Assembly (NCBI GenBank): GCA_038087875.1
Contig: CM075991.1
Span: 7,814,001-7,878,000, forward strand
Source of the DNA: Malacoraja senta
Taxonomy: Eukaryota
Direction of reading: 5' to 3'
DNA: 64,000 nucleotides
The notes under the pieces were generated by a model. The model saw only the letters and a program-made list of their open reading frames with translations. It was not told the origin of the DNA and ran no database searches. Numbering within the stretch: position 1 is the stretch's first letter; every line of letters starts with the position of its first letter. The position numbers and the translations under genes are program-made. This document shows, in pieces, positions 38,323 to 51,969 of the stretch.

Positions 38323-38887
38323 CAACTTGAATGTCTGTGTGTGTCTTAGAGAGAAAGATTGAGGCAGAGAGAGGATGGAGGAAGTTTTTAAATTGTTGTG
38401 TAAATAGCTTTTATCATTGACTGAAGGAAAAGTTTAATCCTGAATTTCTGCGCTTTTCACTAATCCATTCGAACCAGCTTGAGATCTGGCACTGCTCACG
38501 GGTCACCTCAAAGGATTAAATGACAGGCTCTTGCGAATGCAGACGGCAAGTCACTTTTAAAATCCCATTATATTTGGAGAATTTTGTTGCGGTTCTCTTT
38601 TATCCAAATCTACCTTGGGCACCAGCGACGAAACTTGGCATCTGGCCCACAAAGTAATAGCTTTTCTCCAGTTTCCCTCAGCACTACTATAATCTGCGAC
38701 ATGTGATAAAATCGTTCCCCATCTCTTTCTCTCCCCATTCTGTTTTTCTTACCCTCTTTATCTCTCTTTGTATCTTACTCTCTCCTTGTCTCTTACTGTC
38801 CCTCCTTCTCCCTCTCCCTCTCCTGCCATCACTTTCTCTTTCTCCCTCCCTCCCTTCTCTCTCCCCTTCTCGCTCCCCTCTCCCAAA

Positions 38888-39629
38888 TTGGGGACATTTG
38901 ACTCAGCACTGAAATTTGACAAACAAGTCAATGCCGTGATAAAAGCTAGCTTCTTTCAGCTTCGGACGATAGCTAAAATAAAACAATTCCTCCAGTCTGA
39001 TGACCTCGAAAAGATCATCCACACATTCATCTCCTCCCGCCTAGATTTCTGCAACTCCCTTTACACTGGTATCAGCCAATCTTCCCTGTCCCGCCTGAAA
39101 TTGGTCCAAAACGCCGCAGCGAGACTCCTTGACGGGCACCCGAAAAAGGGACCACATCACCCCGATCCTGGCCTCTCTCCACTGGCTCCCTGTGCGGTTC
39201 CGTATAAACTTCAAGATCCTCCTCCATGTCTACAAAGCCCTCAATGGGCTTGCCCCCACCTACATAAAAAGTCTTCTCACCCACCACTCCACCTCCAGGC
39301 CCCTCAGATCGGCCGACTTGGGGTTGCTGAATATCCCACGGTCTAGGCATAAGCTCAGGGGCGACCGCGCCTTTGTTGCAGCCCCTAGACTGGAACAGCA
39401 TCCCCTTTCCCATCAGAACTGCCCCCTCCATCGACTCTTTTAAGTCAAGACTAAAAACTTATCTATACTCCCAAGCCTTTCCTGACGTCCTCTGAGTGAG
39501 GGCTATATGTATATATGTATGTAGTTTGTTTTGTTGTGCTATTCTTATAACAAATGTAAAGCACTTTGGCCAACAAGAGTTGTTTTTAAATGTGCTATAT
39601 AATTAAATGTGACTTGACTTGACTTGACT
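38888..39629 (+). mobile_element. L2 LINE 3' fragment
   Basis: ISSRLDFCNSLY...VQNAAAR and DHITPILASLHWLPV peptides; tail GTAAAGCACTTTGG...GTGCTATAT. Confidence 0.92.
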
Positions 39630-40245
39630 CTCCCCCTCTCTCGCCCCCCTATCTCTCTTTGTACCAAGCACGCGTAACATTCAATATCTTTATTTCCGAA
39701 TATCCCGATTTTTGTTGTTGCAATTCGTGCTTACAATTTTCAAGTATCGATCAACGTAAAGGCCATTAGATGCATAGCTTTGTGGTTGCCTGTAAATGAG
39801 TTTGTAGTGTGTCACAATATGTATGGGCGTACCTGATGGGGCTGCAGGTGACCCAATGTATGGGCAGCTTTACAAAAACTGATTCATGATGTAAACGTCT
39901 GTCCTTGTGGTCGATCACATTGGCCATAAAATGGCTGTGGAGCGTGATTCCATATCCGCCAATATTTTTTTTTGTCGCCTTTATTCATTCTGGCATTGTT
40001 GCAATGTGTATTATTTGCAGAGAAAAATGCTTAGAGGAAAATTCCATTTAATTCTGACCACTGGAGGGGTTGAAGAACATTCGTAAAGTGGCCCAAATAT
40101 GAGACCAAAGTTGGTGAATGGTGGCTGATTACGAACTATCTACAAAACATGCTGCACATAATTGCCTGGACAACTCTGGTAACTTATTCCCCGACCAGTG
40201 GCTTTAGATACCAGAAGGGCAAGGGCAGCAGACACTTTGGAGAAC

Positions 40246-40806
40246 TTGCGTAGGAAGGATCTTCAGATGCTGGTTTAACCCTAAAACCCCTGTCCCACGG
40301 TACGAGTTCATTCCAAGAGTTCTCCCGAGTTTGCCCTGATTCGAACTCGGAGATTTACGGTAATGGCCGCTCGTCGGTACTCGGGGCTCTCGTGGACATT
40401 TTTCAACATGTTGAAAAATCTTCACGAGTCTTCCCGTGCTTACCTGCCGTTAGCGAGTCTTCCCGAGTACCTGCCGTTAGCGTTACGAGCCGCTAAGAGA
40501 CGTCCCCGAGCTCCGACGTACCCGCTACGTTCATTCTCCGTGCTTACCACGAGTTTGATTTTTTTTTAAACTCGGGAGAGCTCTTGGAATGAACTCGTAC
40601 CGTGGGACAGGTCTATCAGATAGACACAAAATGCTGGACTTTGTGTCTCAGCGGGACAGGCAGCATCTCTGGGGAGAAGGAATGGGTGACGTTTCGGGTC
40701 AAGCCCCTTCTTCAGACTGACCCGAAACGTCACCCGAAAAGTCACCCATTCCTTCTCTCCAGGGATGCTGCCTGTCCCGCTGAGTTACTCCAGCTTTTTG
40801 TGTCTA
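40246..40806. mobile_element. PLE-derived fold-back split by a MITE
   Basis: Flanking direct repeat ACTTTGGAGAAC (40234-40245 / 40807-40818). Confidence 0.8.
40285..40615. mobile_element. PIF/Harbinger-type MITE (type A)
   Basis: TIR CCTGTCCCACGGTACGAGTTCATTCCAAGAG; flanks TAA/TCA. Confidence 0.88.
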
Positions 40807-41714
40807 ACTTTGGAGAACATCCTCTGTGCATGTCCTTCCAAGTTGCTCTCAATATTGCTTTAGATAAATGTTAAATTGTAGGTTGGAACTGTGTTTCGGA
40901 ATGTTTAACTTTTGTTAAATGTCCTGACTTTAAGCTATCAATTTTTATTTTGACAGTGGAGGTCCATAGGTTCACAAGTTAGTGGAGCAGAATGAGGCCA
41001 TTCTTCGGCCCATCGAGTCTACTCCGTGGCTGACCTATTTCCCCTTCTCAACCCCATTCTCCTGCCTTTTCTACCCGCGTAACCCCTGTACTAATCAAGA
41101 TTGGGATGGGGTCGGGGTGATCGAAAATGGTCATAATTGTCCGGAAGGCAGCTATAGACAAAACGGAACTAATCGCTCTGAACACTGATTTGCAGTTTCT
41201 GAAGAAACCTCGAAGTCAGTTACCGGATGAGCAAACAGCTCCCAATGAAAATGTTTGTTGGTAATGGATTTGTAATAGCGCTCGATGGGCTTTTTATATC
41301 AACGACCAGGCCTGTCGATAATGGGCCACGGCAAATGCACTGCAATAGGTTCAATGTTTCCATCAGTAATTTCATAGTTTAATATCTGAACTGCAACCAT
41401 ACAGGCACTGAAATTCAGTTCTTCCCTTCTCCTCTCACCATTAGATGTTACATCGGGGCAGAAGGCAATTTGTTCACCAGTTGAACCATTTGTAAAAAGC
41501 TCCCATTTCATCCGATCCACATGATGATGCTTTTTCAAATCTTCAGCTTTATTTATTTTATTTTTCTCTTTTTTCGCTTTCTTTTTATTTTGTTTTCACA
41601 TCTCTCTGGTTTTTTTATTGCTTGATCTTCGTCTTTTTTTCTCTTTTCTGTGATGTCTACCTTTTCTCTCTTTCTGTCTGTCTCTATTTATCATTGTCTA
41701 CTTCTATCTATTCC

Positions 41715-42220
41715 TCCCTACCCTCCCTTTCCTCTCCCCCTTCTCCCCCCCTTCTCCCCCCCTTCTCCCCCTTCTCTCCCCCCTTCTCCCCCCCTTTCTC
41801 CCCCCTTTCTCCCCCCTTCTTCCCCCCCCTTCTCCCCCCTCCCTCTCTCTCTCCCTCCCTCTCTCCCTCCCTCTCTCCCTCCCTCCCTCCCCCCTCCCTC
41901 TCTCCCTCCCCCCTCTCCCCTGCCTCTCCCCCCCTCCCTCTCCCCCCTCCCTCTCCCCCCTCCCTCTCCCCCCTCCCTCTCTCCCTCCCTCTCTCCCTCC
42001 CTCTCCCTCCCTCCCTCTCCCCTCCCTCTCCCCCCCTCCCTCTCTCCCCCCCTCCCTCTCTCCCCCCTCCCTCTCCCCCCCTCCCCCTCTCCCCTCCCTC
42101 TCCCCACCCTCCCTCTTCCCCCTCCCTGCCTCTCCCCTCCCTCTCCCCCCTCCCTCTCCCCCCTCTCTCTCTCCCCTCTCTCTCTCCCCCCTCCCTCCCC
42201 TCCCTCTCCCCCCCTCCCTA
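41715..42220. repeat. C/T-rich (CCCT/CT)n low-complexity tract
   Basis: Read directly from the sequence. Confidence 0.95.
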
Positions 42221-43129
42221 CCTCGGAACGACGTGTAATTATTTGGAAGTATTTTCCTGAGTTTCCTTATTCTGTGCTCGCCATCAAGATGCCTCTGTGA
42301 GTTCATCCTTTGGAAATTGTCTTATTTATTGACTTGTCCAAGTGTCCTATTGCTTCTAATCTTATGGATCAACCACATCCTTCCCTGAGGAGCTGATAGA
42401 GACACACTGATGGGGACCAGGCATGTAGCAGTATTTCATATACAGCTTGGCAGCTGTGAGACAATTCTGGATGCACTGCATGTTGTAGCTGGAGGGTTGT
42501 AGATGGCTGGGTCATCTGTACCACTGTAGCCTTGTCCATGGTGCTGAAGTTCCAGACCTGTAACAGTATTTCACATACAACTTGGCAGCTTCAACGTGAC
42601 GTTGGCAACATGAACACAATGGATTTGTGTTTCCGCACAGAGTCAATGACAGGCAACCAACTCTTATTCCTTCCACAGAGTTTACGGAACATGTTCGCTT
42701 CTGACATCCATTCAGATTTGAGGTAACTACCCAGAAACATTTTGTAATGTTGTTACTTGGCATTGTTCCAACTACATGAGGTGACGGGTGTGCAGATTTG
42801 TAGCTTTGTTCAGGCCATCAGAAGCGGCACGGTAGCACAGCGGGTAGAGCTGCTGCCTTACAGCGCCAGAGACCCGGGTTCCACCCCGATTACGGGCACT
42901 GTCTGTACGGAGTTTGTACATTCTCCCCGTGACCACGTGGTCTACAATCTCCAAATAAGGTCTGAACTATATAGACTTGCGTGCATTACTTTGGTCTTTG
43001 CACTATTATTTTGTTTTGTTGTTACATGTATATGTGCGTGTGTATCAAACGTCACCTATTCCTTCTCTCCAGAGATGTTGCTTGTCCTGCTGAGTTACTC
43101 CAGCAGGGTGTGTCTACCTTGTGCCTGTG

Positions 43130-43408
43130 TGGTTATGTATATGTGTCCGTATGTGTGGGTATGTATAATGCACACAGAAACACACGCACGTATATACTCA
43201 TATGTGTGTGTATATATTTATATACTCGTGTGTATATATTTGTATATGTGTGTGTATATATATATATGTGTGTGTGTGTGTGTATGTGTGTGTGTATGTG
43301 TGTGTGTATATATATGTGTGTGTGTATGTGTGTGTGTATGTGTGTGTGTGTATATATATATGTGTGTGTGTGTTGTGTATATATAGGTGTGTGTGTGTGT
43401 GTGTATAT

Positions 43409-43441
<33 letters not shown>

Positions 43442-43461
43442 GGTGTGTGTGTGTGTGTGTG

Positions 43462-43507
<46 letters not shown>

Positions 43508-43634
43508 TGTGTGTGTGTGTATATATGTGTGTGTGTGTGTATATATGTGTGTGTATATATGTGTGTGTGTGTATATATATATGTGTGTGTGTGTATGTGT
43601 GTGTATATATATGTGTGTGTGTGTGTGTATATAG

Positions 43635-43670
<36 letters not shown>

Positions 43671-43711
43671 GTGTGTGTGTGTATATAGGTGTGTGTGTGT
43701 GTGTATATATA

Positions 43712-43744
<33 letters not shown>

Positions 43745-43841
43745 GTGTGTGTGTATGTGTGTGTATATATATGTGTGTGTGCATATATATGTGTGTGTGT
43801 GTGTGTATGTGTGTGTTATATATATTGTGTGTATGTGTGTG

Positions 43842-43888
<47 letters not shown>

Positions 43889-43980
43889 GTGTGTGTGTAT
43901 GTGTGTGTATATATATGTGTGTGTGTATATATATGTGTGTGTGTGTATATATGTGTGTGTGTGTGTGTGTGTGTATATAT

Positions 43981-44013
<33 letters not shown>

Positions 44014-44057
44014 TGTGTGTGTGTGTATGTATATATATGTGTGTGTGTGTGTGTGTG

Positions 44058-44099
<42 letters not shown>

Positions 44100-44216
44100 T
44101 GTGTGTGTGTGTGTGTATATATATGTGTGTGTGTGTATGTGTGTGTATATATATGTGTGTGTGTGTGTGTGTGTATATATATGTGTGTGTGTGTATATAT
44201 ATTATGTGTGTGTGTG

Positions 44217-44258
<42 letters not shown>

Positions 44259-44365
44259 TGTGTGTGTGTATGTGTGTGTATATATATGTGTGTGTGTGTG
44301 TATGTGTGTGTGTGTATATATGTGTGTGTGTGTGTGTGTATATATTGTGTATGTGTGTGTGTGTG

Positions 44366-44396
<31 letters not shown>

Positions 44397-44696
44397 TATA
44401 TATTATGTATGTGTGTGTGTGTGTATATATGTGTGTGTGTGTGTGTGTGTATATATATGTGTGTGTGTGTATGTGTGTGTATATATATGTGTGTGTGTTG
44501 TGTGTATGTGTGTGTGTGTGTATATATGTGTGTGTGTGTGTGTGTGTATATATATGTGTGTGTGTGTGTGTGTATATGTGTGTGCGTGTTGTGTGTGTGT
44601 GTGTATATATATGTGTGTGTGTGTGTGTGTGTTGTGTGTGTGTGTGTATATATATGTGTGTGTGTGTTGTGTGTGATATATTATGTGTGTGTGGTG

Positions 44697-44735
<39 letters not shown>

Positions 44736-44742
44736 GTGTGTG

Positions 44743-44773
<31 letters not shown>

Positions 44774-44882
44774 ATATATAAGTGTGTGTGTGTGTGTGTG
44801 TATATATGTGTGTGTGTTGTGTGTGTATATATATGTGTGTGTGTATATATATATGTGTGTGCGTGTGTGTGTGTGTGTATAC

Positions 44883-44923
<41 letters not shown>
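43130..44923. repeat. 1.8 kb compound (GT)n/(TA)n microsatellite
   Basis: Read directly from the sequence. Confidence 0.97.
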
Positions 44924-44924
<1 letters not shown>

Positions 44925-45250
44925 CAAGTCGAGTCAGTTTATTGGACACATACACATACGAGATGTGGCAGTGAAATGAAAAGTGGCAATGCTCACGGAT
45001 TGGGTCACATACACATACGAGATGTGCAGTGAAATGAAAAGTGGCAATGCTCACGGATTGTGCAAACCCCCCCCAAAAAACAAACAAACTACAACAGAAT
45101 GGAAGAATAGAATCACATATTCTTTTACATATTCAATATTGTGGGCGGAAGGAAAAAGGAGGAAAAAAACAGGGGAAAAACAAAAAACAGCAATTTTTTT
45201 AAAAGAGTAGAGTGGTACAGTAATGTTAGTCCCTGGTGAGATAGGAGTTT
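44925..45250 (-). mobile_element. Rex1/Babar-type 3' tail with duplicated terminal stem-loop
   Basis: The unit TTTCATTTCACTGCACATCTCGTATGTGTATGTG is present twice on the minus strand. Confidence 0.55.
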
Positions 45251-45305
45251 ACTCATGTGCATATATTCTCTCGTATTTGTGTATATGTGTGTGTAGGTAT
45301 GTGTG

Positions 45306-45478
45306 TATCTATACTCCCAAGCCTTTCATGACGTCCTCTGAGTGAGGGCTACATGTATATATGTATGTAGTTTGTTTTGTTTATGCTATTCTTATAACAA
45401 ATGTAAAGCACTTTGGCCAACGAGAGTTGTTTTTTAAATATGCTATATAAATAAATGTGACTTGACTTGACTTGACTT
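45306..45478 (+). mobile_element. L2 3' end
   Basis: Near-identical to 39460-39629. Confidence 0.9.
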
Positions 45479-46469
45479 GTGTGTATATCTATGCATGTGC
45501 ATGTATATGTGTGTGTGTATATATGTGTGTGTGTGTATATGTGTGTGCATGTATATGTGTGTGTGTGTATATATGTGTGTGTATATGTATATGTGTATAT
45601 ATATATATATATGTGGGTATGCATGTGTATATATATATGTGTGTGTGTATATATATTTATATATAGCCAGATTCTCCAGCTGAACCTACCAACCCATTAT
45701 AGACACAAAGTGCTGGAGTAACTCAGCAGGTCAAAACAGCAACTCTGGATACATGGATGGCTGACGTTTCAGGTTGGGACGCGGAACGTCCCCTACAGAT
45801 GTTGCCTGATCCACTGAGTTACTCCAGCACTTTGTGTAAATCTTTAGTATATACCGGGCATCTGCAGTTCTTTGTTTCTACACCAACCCACCAAACCGCA
45901 CTTCTGCCGGACGCGGGAGCAAACCAGTACACCTGAGGGAAATGCACAGAGTGACGGGAATGAGGTGCGGACTCCACACGGAGGTCGGGATTGAACCCGG
46001 GTCTCTAGCGACGTGAGGCAGCGGCTCCATGGGCTGCACCACCGCCCTGTCCTGTGGTACGCTGTGCACGGGGCCGTGACCATCAGTCCTTCCCTGCTTC
46101 TGAGAGAAGCTATTATTTGAGAATCTTTCCCTGCCGTGAGCTGTCAAGATTATGCTTACTGAACAGCAGAGTGGAAGTTGTTGAGTTGCCTTTCTTGCCC
46201 GCTGGATAGAATTCATGCTCCACTACCTGACAGCAATATGCTAAGAATAGATCTTATTGATCAGACTCTAGTCCTGAGGGCGAGTTTGTTATTCCTCAAT
46301 GCCTGATTCGTTAATCGGTCAAAAATGGGTCTGCCCACACAATGTGTACATATGAGTTCTTCATCGGTTACAAAGAAAAGAATTCAGTCAAATATGTTAA
46401 ATGTCCCAAGTGGAGTAGGCATTTATTAGTTTTTGTTTTAGAGATACAGCGTGGAAACGGACCCTTTGT

Positions 46470-47265
46470 GAGCACCATATCTGAGGAAGGGTGTGCTGGC
46501 TCTGGAGAGGGATTGGAGGAGGTTTACATAGATAAATAGAAAATAGGTACAGGAGTATGCCATTTGGCCCTTCGACCCAACTCATGGCTTCAATGTGCTC
46601 ATGGCTGATCATCCATAATCAGTACCCCATTCCTGCCTTCTCCCCATATCCCTTGATTCCGCTAGCCCTAAGAGCTCTATCTAACTCTCTTTTGAATGCA
46701 TCCAGTGAATCGGCCTCCACTGCCTTCTGAGGGAGAGAATTCCACAGATTCACAACTCGCTGGGTGAAAACGTTTTTCCTCATCTCAGTTCTAAATGGCC
46801 TACCCCTTATTCCTAACAAGAATTATCCCAGGAATGAGTAGGTTAACCTATGATGAGCGTTTGTCGGCACTGGGCCTGTACCCGCTGGAGTTTAGAAGAA
46901 TGAGGGAGGAACCTCATTGAAACATGCAGAATAGAGAAAGGCTTGGATGGAGTGGATGTGGAGAGGATGCTTCCATTAGTGGGGGGGTCTAGGACTAGAG
47001 GTCATAGCCTCAGAATTAAAATACTTTATTTTAGGAAGGAGGGTGGTGAATCTGTGGAATTCTTTGCCACAGAAGGCTGTGGAGGCCAAGCCAGTGAATA
47101 ATTTTAAGGCATAGATAGATAGATTCTTGATTAGTACGTGTGTCAGGGGTTATGGGGAGAAGGCAGGAGAATGGGGTTAGGAGGGAGAGATAGATCAGCC
47201 ATGATTGAGTGGCGGAGTAGACTTGATTGGCCAAATGGCCTAATTCTGCTCCTATTCCTTATGAC
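46470..47265 (+). mobile_element. CR1 3' fragment with an antisense CR1 (46527-46818) nested inside
   Basis: GAGGAGGTTTAC, then the insert, then AAGAATTATCCCAGGAATG; ORF 46619-46819 on the minus strand. Confidence 0.8.
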
Positions 47266-48754
47266 CTTGTGACCTTAGGCCCACCGAGTCTTTGCAGACC
47301 AGTGGTCACCCACCCGTACACTAGTTCTATCCTACATTCCAGGGACAATTTGCAGAAGCCAATTAACCAGTTAACGTGCAATGATGAGGGCTCCTCCATG
47401 TAATTTACTTGGGACCCAGATACAGAGGAAATCATGTCTACCCTTGGTTTTATGTCCCAGAAGTTATTTTCTGCCTCTGGATCCACCCTGTCAGTGAGTT
47501 AGCCCAGCCATTTTAAGGTGACTCCTTAAACAGGCTTGACCAACTAATGATAGACACAAAAAGCTGGAGTAACTCAGCAGGAGTCACAGGAAAGGGAAAT
47601 GAGAGATATGTAGTGAGATAAAGAACAATGAATGAAAGATATGCAAAAAATCAACGATGATAAAGGAAACGGGGTCATTGGTAGCTGCTTGTTGGGTGGG
47701 AACGAGAAGCTGGTGCGACTTGGGCAGGGGGAGGGACGGAGAGATGGGGAATCCCGGGGTTACTTGAAGGACAAATCTCCCAAGCGAAATATGAGATGCC
47801 TTTCCTCCAATTCACGAGTTAGTTCGTTAATTCATTAACTAAACAGTTTTCGGCAAGATAAACACAAAATGCTGGAGTAACTCAGCGGGACAGGCAGCAT
47901 CTCTGGAGAGAAGGAATGGGTGGCGTTGCGGGTCGAGATCTCTTCTTCTGAAGAAGCACGTTGAGCATTTTCTGGCTTTGTAGCACGCAGGGAGATATCC
48001 AAGTCGCATGTGCTCCCTCCCCAGTGCACCGTTTGCTTGTGCCTTTCAATAAGTACTCCAGCATCTGTGGATATCTGGGGCGATGATTGGACTGAGTGCT
48101 CCTCTCATTCTGTCATTCGTGGCACAAAGATTTACATTGTACAAGCAATCTGAGTTCCCTATGGATCCACTACCGTATTGCTTGGCACCTTGCTGGTTTC
48201 TGCACGGCTCTTTGTTAGCTCGTTTCGTATCTGGTTGTATTTTATTTATTGTAATTAATCCTGTGACAATTAAACGTTGCCGTTTCCGCAGTGACAGGTG
48301 GATTTCTGTCGAGCGACTCTCGATGCGATCTTCATTCCCGTTTCTTCCTCCTAACCAGATGCCGCAAACTCATAAACAACCGGTCTCAACAACGTCCGTG
48401 TTCAATCAACGTTATCTGTTCAGACCTCGGCTAACGAAATCCTGCTGAGTGTTCCTGAAAACTCCATACACTTGGCATCAAGTCACGTACTCAAGCAAAT
48501 AAGAGGAGGAGTAGACACAAAATGCTGGAGTAACTCGGCCGGGACAGGCAGCATCTCTGGAGAGAAGGAATGGGTGGCGATTCGGGCTGAGACCCTTCTT
48601 CGGGTTCGTTGTCCACTCGAGGCAGTCCCACTGTTCAACATCATCACTGCTGAATCTATCTCGGGCTTCCCCCTCCTCCTCAGTGACAGATCCCCAGTGC
48701 CCGCAAACCTGCAGAATTTTATTCAAAAATCCACCTATCTTCACTTCGAATGAT

Positions 48755-48955
48755 TTAGGAAGCAACTGCAGATGCTGGTTAAATTGGAAGTTGGACACAA
48801 AAAGCTGGAGTAACTCAGCGGGACAGGCAGCATCCCTGGAGAGAAGGGAATGGGTGATGTTTGAAGAAGGGGCTCCACCCGAAACGTCACCCATTCCTTC
48901 TCTCCAGACATGCTGCCTGCTCCGCTGAGTTACTCCAGCTTTTTCTGTCTATCTT
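48755..48955. mobile_element. PLE-derived fold-back
   Basis: Inverted arms; possible degraded TSD CAYTTCKAATGAT. Confidence 0.75.
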
Positions 48956-49374
48956 CATTTCTAATGATCCACAACTCTGCGGGGTCGACGATTCCAGAGA
49001 TTCGTCATCCTCTGCGAAATGTTTCCGCGTTCCTCTGCTTTAAACGACCAGCCCTTATCTTGAAGCATTGCCCCCCCCCACCCCCTGTTCAAGACTGTCC
49101 TATTAGTACAGAGGATATTGAAGTACATCAAGGCCAGAGCTTTTATACTTAATGCTTCACACTGCTACTAACGATGGAACAATTTATCCCGTCAACGACA
49201 CTGTGATAGATGGAAATGTGAAGGACATTGGAGAAATTACGGATTCTGGTGATGAATATTTCCAGTCGTTTGGCGTCACTGGGATAATTTGCACGTGCGT
49301 TTGGAAGCATCGGTCACCCTTGTTTCAAATATCTCTCTCATTATCTTTTTGTAATGCTCTTTTAACCATGATAA

Positions 49375-50055
49375 TAGACATTAGGTGCATTCGTAGGCCA
49401 TTCGGCCCTTTGAGCCCGCACCGCTATTCACTGTGATCATGGCTGATCAACCACATTCAGTACCCCGTTCCTGCCTTCTCCCCATATCCCCTGACTCTGC
49501 TATCTTTAAGAGCTCCAACCGGCGCGGCCTGAAGACTACGGGCGTCGCAGTCTCCGGGGAGGGAGCGGCCGCTCCAGACACTTCCAACCGCTGAGGACTT
49601 TCCACCCGATGCCGGTGTTCCAGCTTCCCGGCGGGTGCGCCTACAACATCGGGCTGCCGTTGCGGCGACTGGCTGCGGAGGCCTCAAACTGGCCCCGACC
49701 TCGGGTGGACTAGGAGGAGGACTGGACATTTTGGTACTTTCCCTTACAGTGGAGAGTGTCGACTCTGCTGCGGGGGGGATGTTCATGTTGAATCTCTAAT
49801 TGTGTGTCCTGTCTTTTTTTTTATTCTACCTTTTTTATTTTTCATTTATATGGATAATTCTCTCTGTAAAGCACTTTGGCTTCAGTGATTTGATTGAAAA
49901 GTGCTATATAAATAAACTTACTTTACTTGACTTTACTTTACTCTATCCAACTCTCTCTTGAAAGCATCCAGAGAATTGGCCTCCACTGCCTTCTGAGGCC
50001 GGGAATTCCACAGATTCACAAATCTCTGAGTGAGAAAAAGTTTTTCCTCATTGCC
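49375..50055 (-). mobile_element. CR1 3' end split by an insertion
   Basis: TTTAAGAGCTC, then the insert, then CTCTATCCAACTCTC. Confidence 0.85.
49516..49940 (+). mobile_element. GC-rich non-autonomous retroposon with L2-type tail
   Basis: GC-rich body, hairpin at 49740-49779 and tail GTAAAGCACTTTGG...GTGCTATATAAATAAA. Confidence 0.6.
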
Positions 50056-50094
50056 GTTGACAAGAGCACTAGTCCCGGGAGCATTACTGACGAG

Positions 50095-50362
50095 CAGAGA
50101 CCCGGATTCGATCCTGGCTATCGGTGCTGTCTGTAGGGAGTTTGTACGTTCTCCCCGTGACTGCGTGGGTTTTCTCCGAGATCTTCGTTTTCCTCCCACA
50201 CTCCAAAGACGTACAGGTTTGTAGGTTAATTGGCTTGGATTTGTATACTTGGTATCAGTGTAACTTGTCCATGATGTGTGTAGGATAGTGTTAATGTGCG
50301 GGGATCGCAGGTCGGAGCGGTGGGCTGAAGGGCCTGTTTCCCTGCAGTATCTTTAAACTATA
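50095..50362 (+). mobile_element. HE1 V-SINE
   Basis: B-box, V-domain and tail present. Confidence 0.85.
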
Positions 50363-51969
50363 CTGCACTTGCCTTCATCCCTACGCCCTTTCCCACCACA
50401 CTGAACTCTCACCATCAACACTGCACCATCACCCCAGTTTCATCCATGTCCCATTCCCATCCCTGGATCCATTTTAATCTCCATTGAAAACGCTGGTCTG
50501 GGTTATTGCAGATCCCATTTCTCCCAATGCTGCTCCAACCTTTCCCCCATCCCCCTCACAATCGGTCTGAAGAAGGGACCCCGACTCGAAACATCACCTA
50601 TATCCATGATCTTCAGGGATGCTGCCCGACCCACTGAGCTACTCCAAACTTTGTGTCCATCTACCTAATGTGTTTTGGGTCCTTTTTGTCTTTGCCCATA
50701 CAACCAAACCCACCTCCCTCCCCCCCCCCCCCCCCCCCCAACGCAGCCCAGCCTCCCATCTGACCAAAATGCACCTTTTAACACGTTCATTGCTGGCCTG
50801 CATATAAGCCCCAATCCTTTCCATTCCCACCCAGTGATATTTCACCCCTCTCCTCCCCTTGCCTATCAGACATCTCCCTCTGCCTTAACAATACTGAAAA
50901 ACTCTGCTCCCATTTAGTCTTTAGTCTTTGAGATACAACATGGAAACAGGCCCTTCGGCCCACCGAGATCACGCCAACCATTAACACTATCCTGCACTGT
51001 ATGTATGTCTGTATGGAGTTTGCACGTTCTCCCTGTGACCATGCGGGTTTTCGTCTGGGTGCTCCGGTTTACCCCAAATCCCAAAGGTGCGGATTGTAGG
51101 TTCATTGGCCTTGGTAAATTTGCGTGAGGAAGTGGGATAAAATAGAACTAGTGTGAACGGGTGATTGGTTGGCATGGACCTGGTGGGCCGAATGGCCTGT
51201 CTCCATGCTGTATCTTTTAATTAATCAATTCAATGTGTAGGGAGTGGACGTGAAACTGGAATAAGACAGGGCAACTTTGATGGTTGGCATTGACTTGATG
51301 GACCAAAGGCCTTGCATCCATTCTATATCTTTCTTCAATTCAGTGAATATGCTGGTCGCAGCTCATGCAATGATATCAGGTGCTGTACCTCAATCTTTCC
51401 TTTACTATCACAAAAAAACACACTTGGCAAGACCATTGGAGCAGTTCAGCATCGCGGTTGAAGAACGCAATCATTTGCCTCAGGCAACTGTATAACATTG
51501 GGCCACGCTGACTCATGCACAGAAGCCAGCCCTTCTTTCTAAAGGCTGGGAATCTCTGAAGCATCAACAGAAACTGCTGATCTTGTCAAGGAGTGTGCAT
51601 TGATGCGGATGTACTGCAGACTCGAGCTGTTCCCTGAAGTTATGTGCTCGAGGTTAAGTCCCCAATAATTTGAGGAATCGGTTTCCTGTCTCCATTCATA
51701 TTCTGCGTTCAGTGTTTGATTGCCCGGACTTGAAGTGGGCCATAATTTGTGCCAAAATGTGGCTTCCATTTACTGCGTTGCTCCCGTTTGATGCAATGGC
51801 TGTACAAGCCTCAAGCAGAGGATTAAACATGCTGCTCTCCCAAAGAGAACTGTTGGACTGTTTGGCCGCATTTTTGTAAAACCAGGATAGAAAGACATGG
51901 ACATTTAACTCGAACAACGGCAGAATCAATCTGGAATATAGGACGGGCAGCATGTGGCTGCACAGTGAT

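Noticed and set aside
41622..42306. Proline-rich and GE/GR-rich ORFs
   Set aside because: Low-complexity (CCCT)n tract.
49152..49436. 94-aa ORF with protein-like composition
   Set aside because: No recognisable family or splice context, and its 3' end runs into an antisense CR1 tail.
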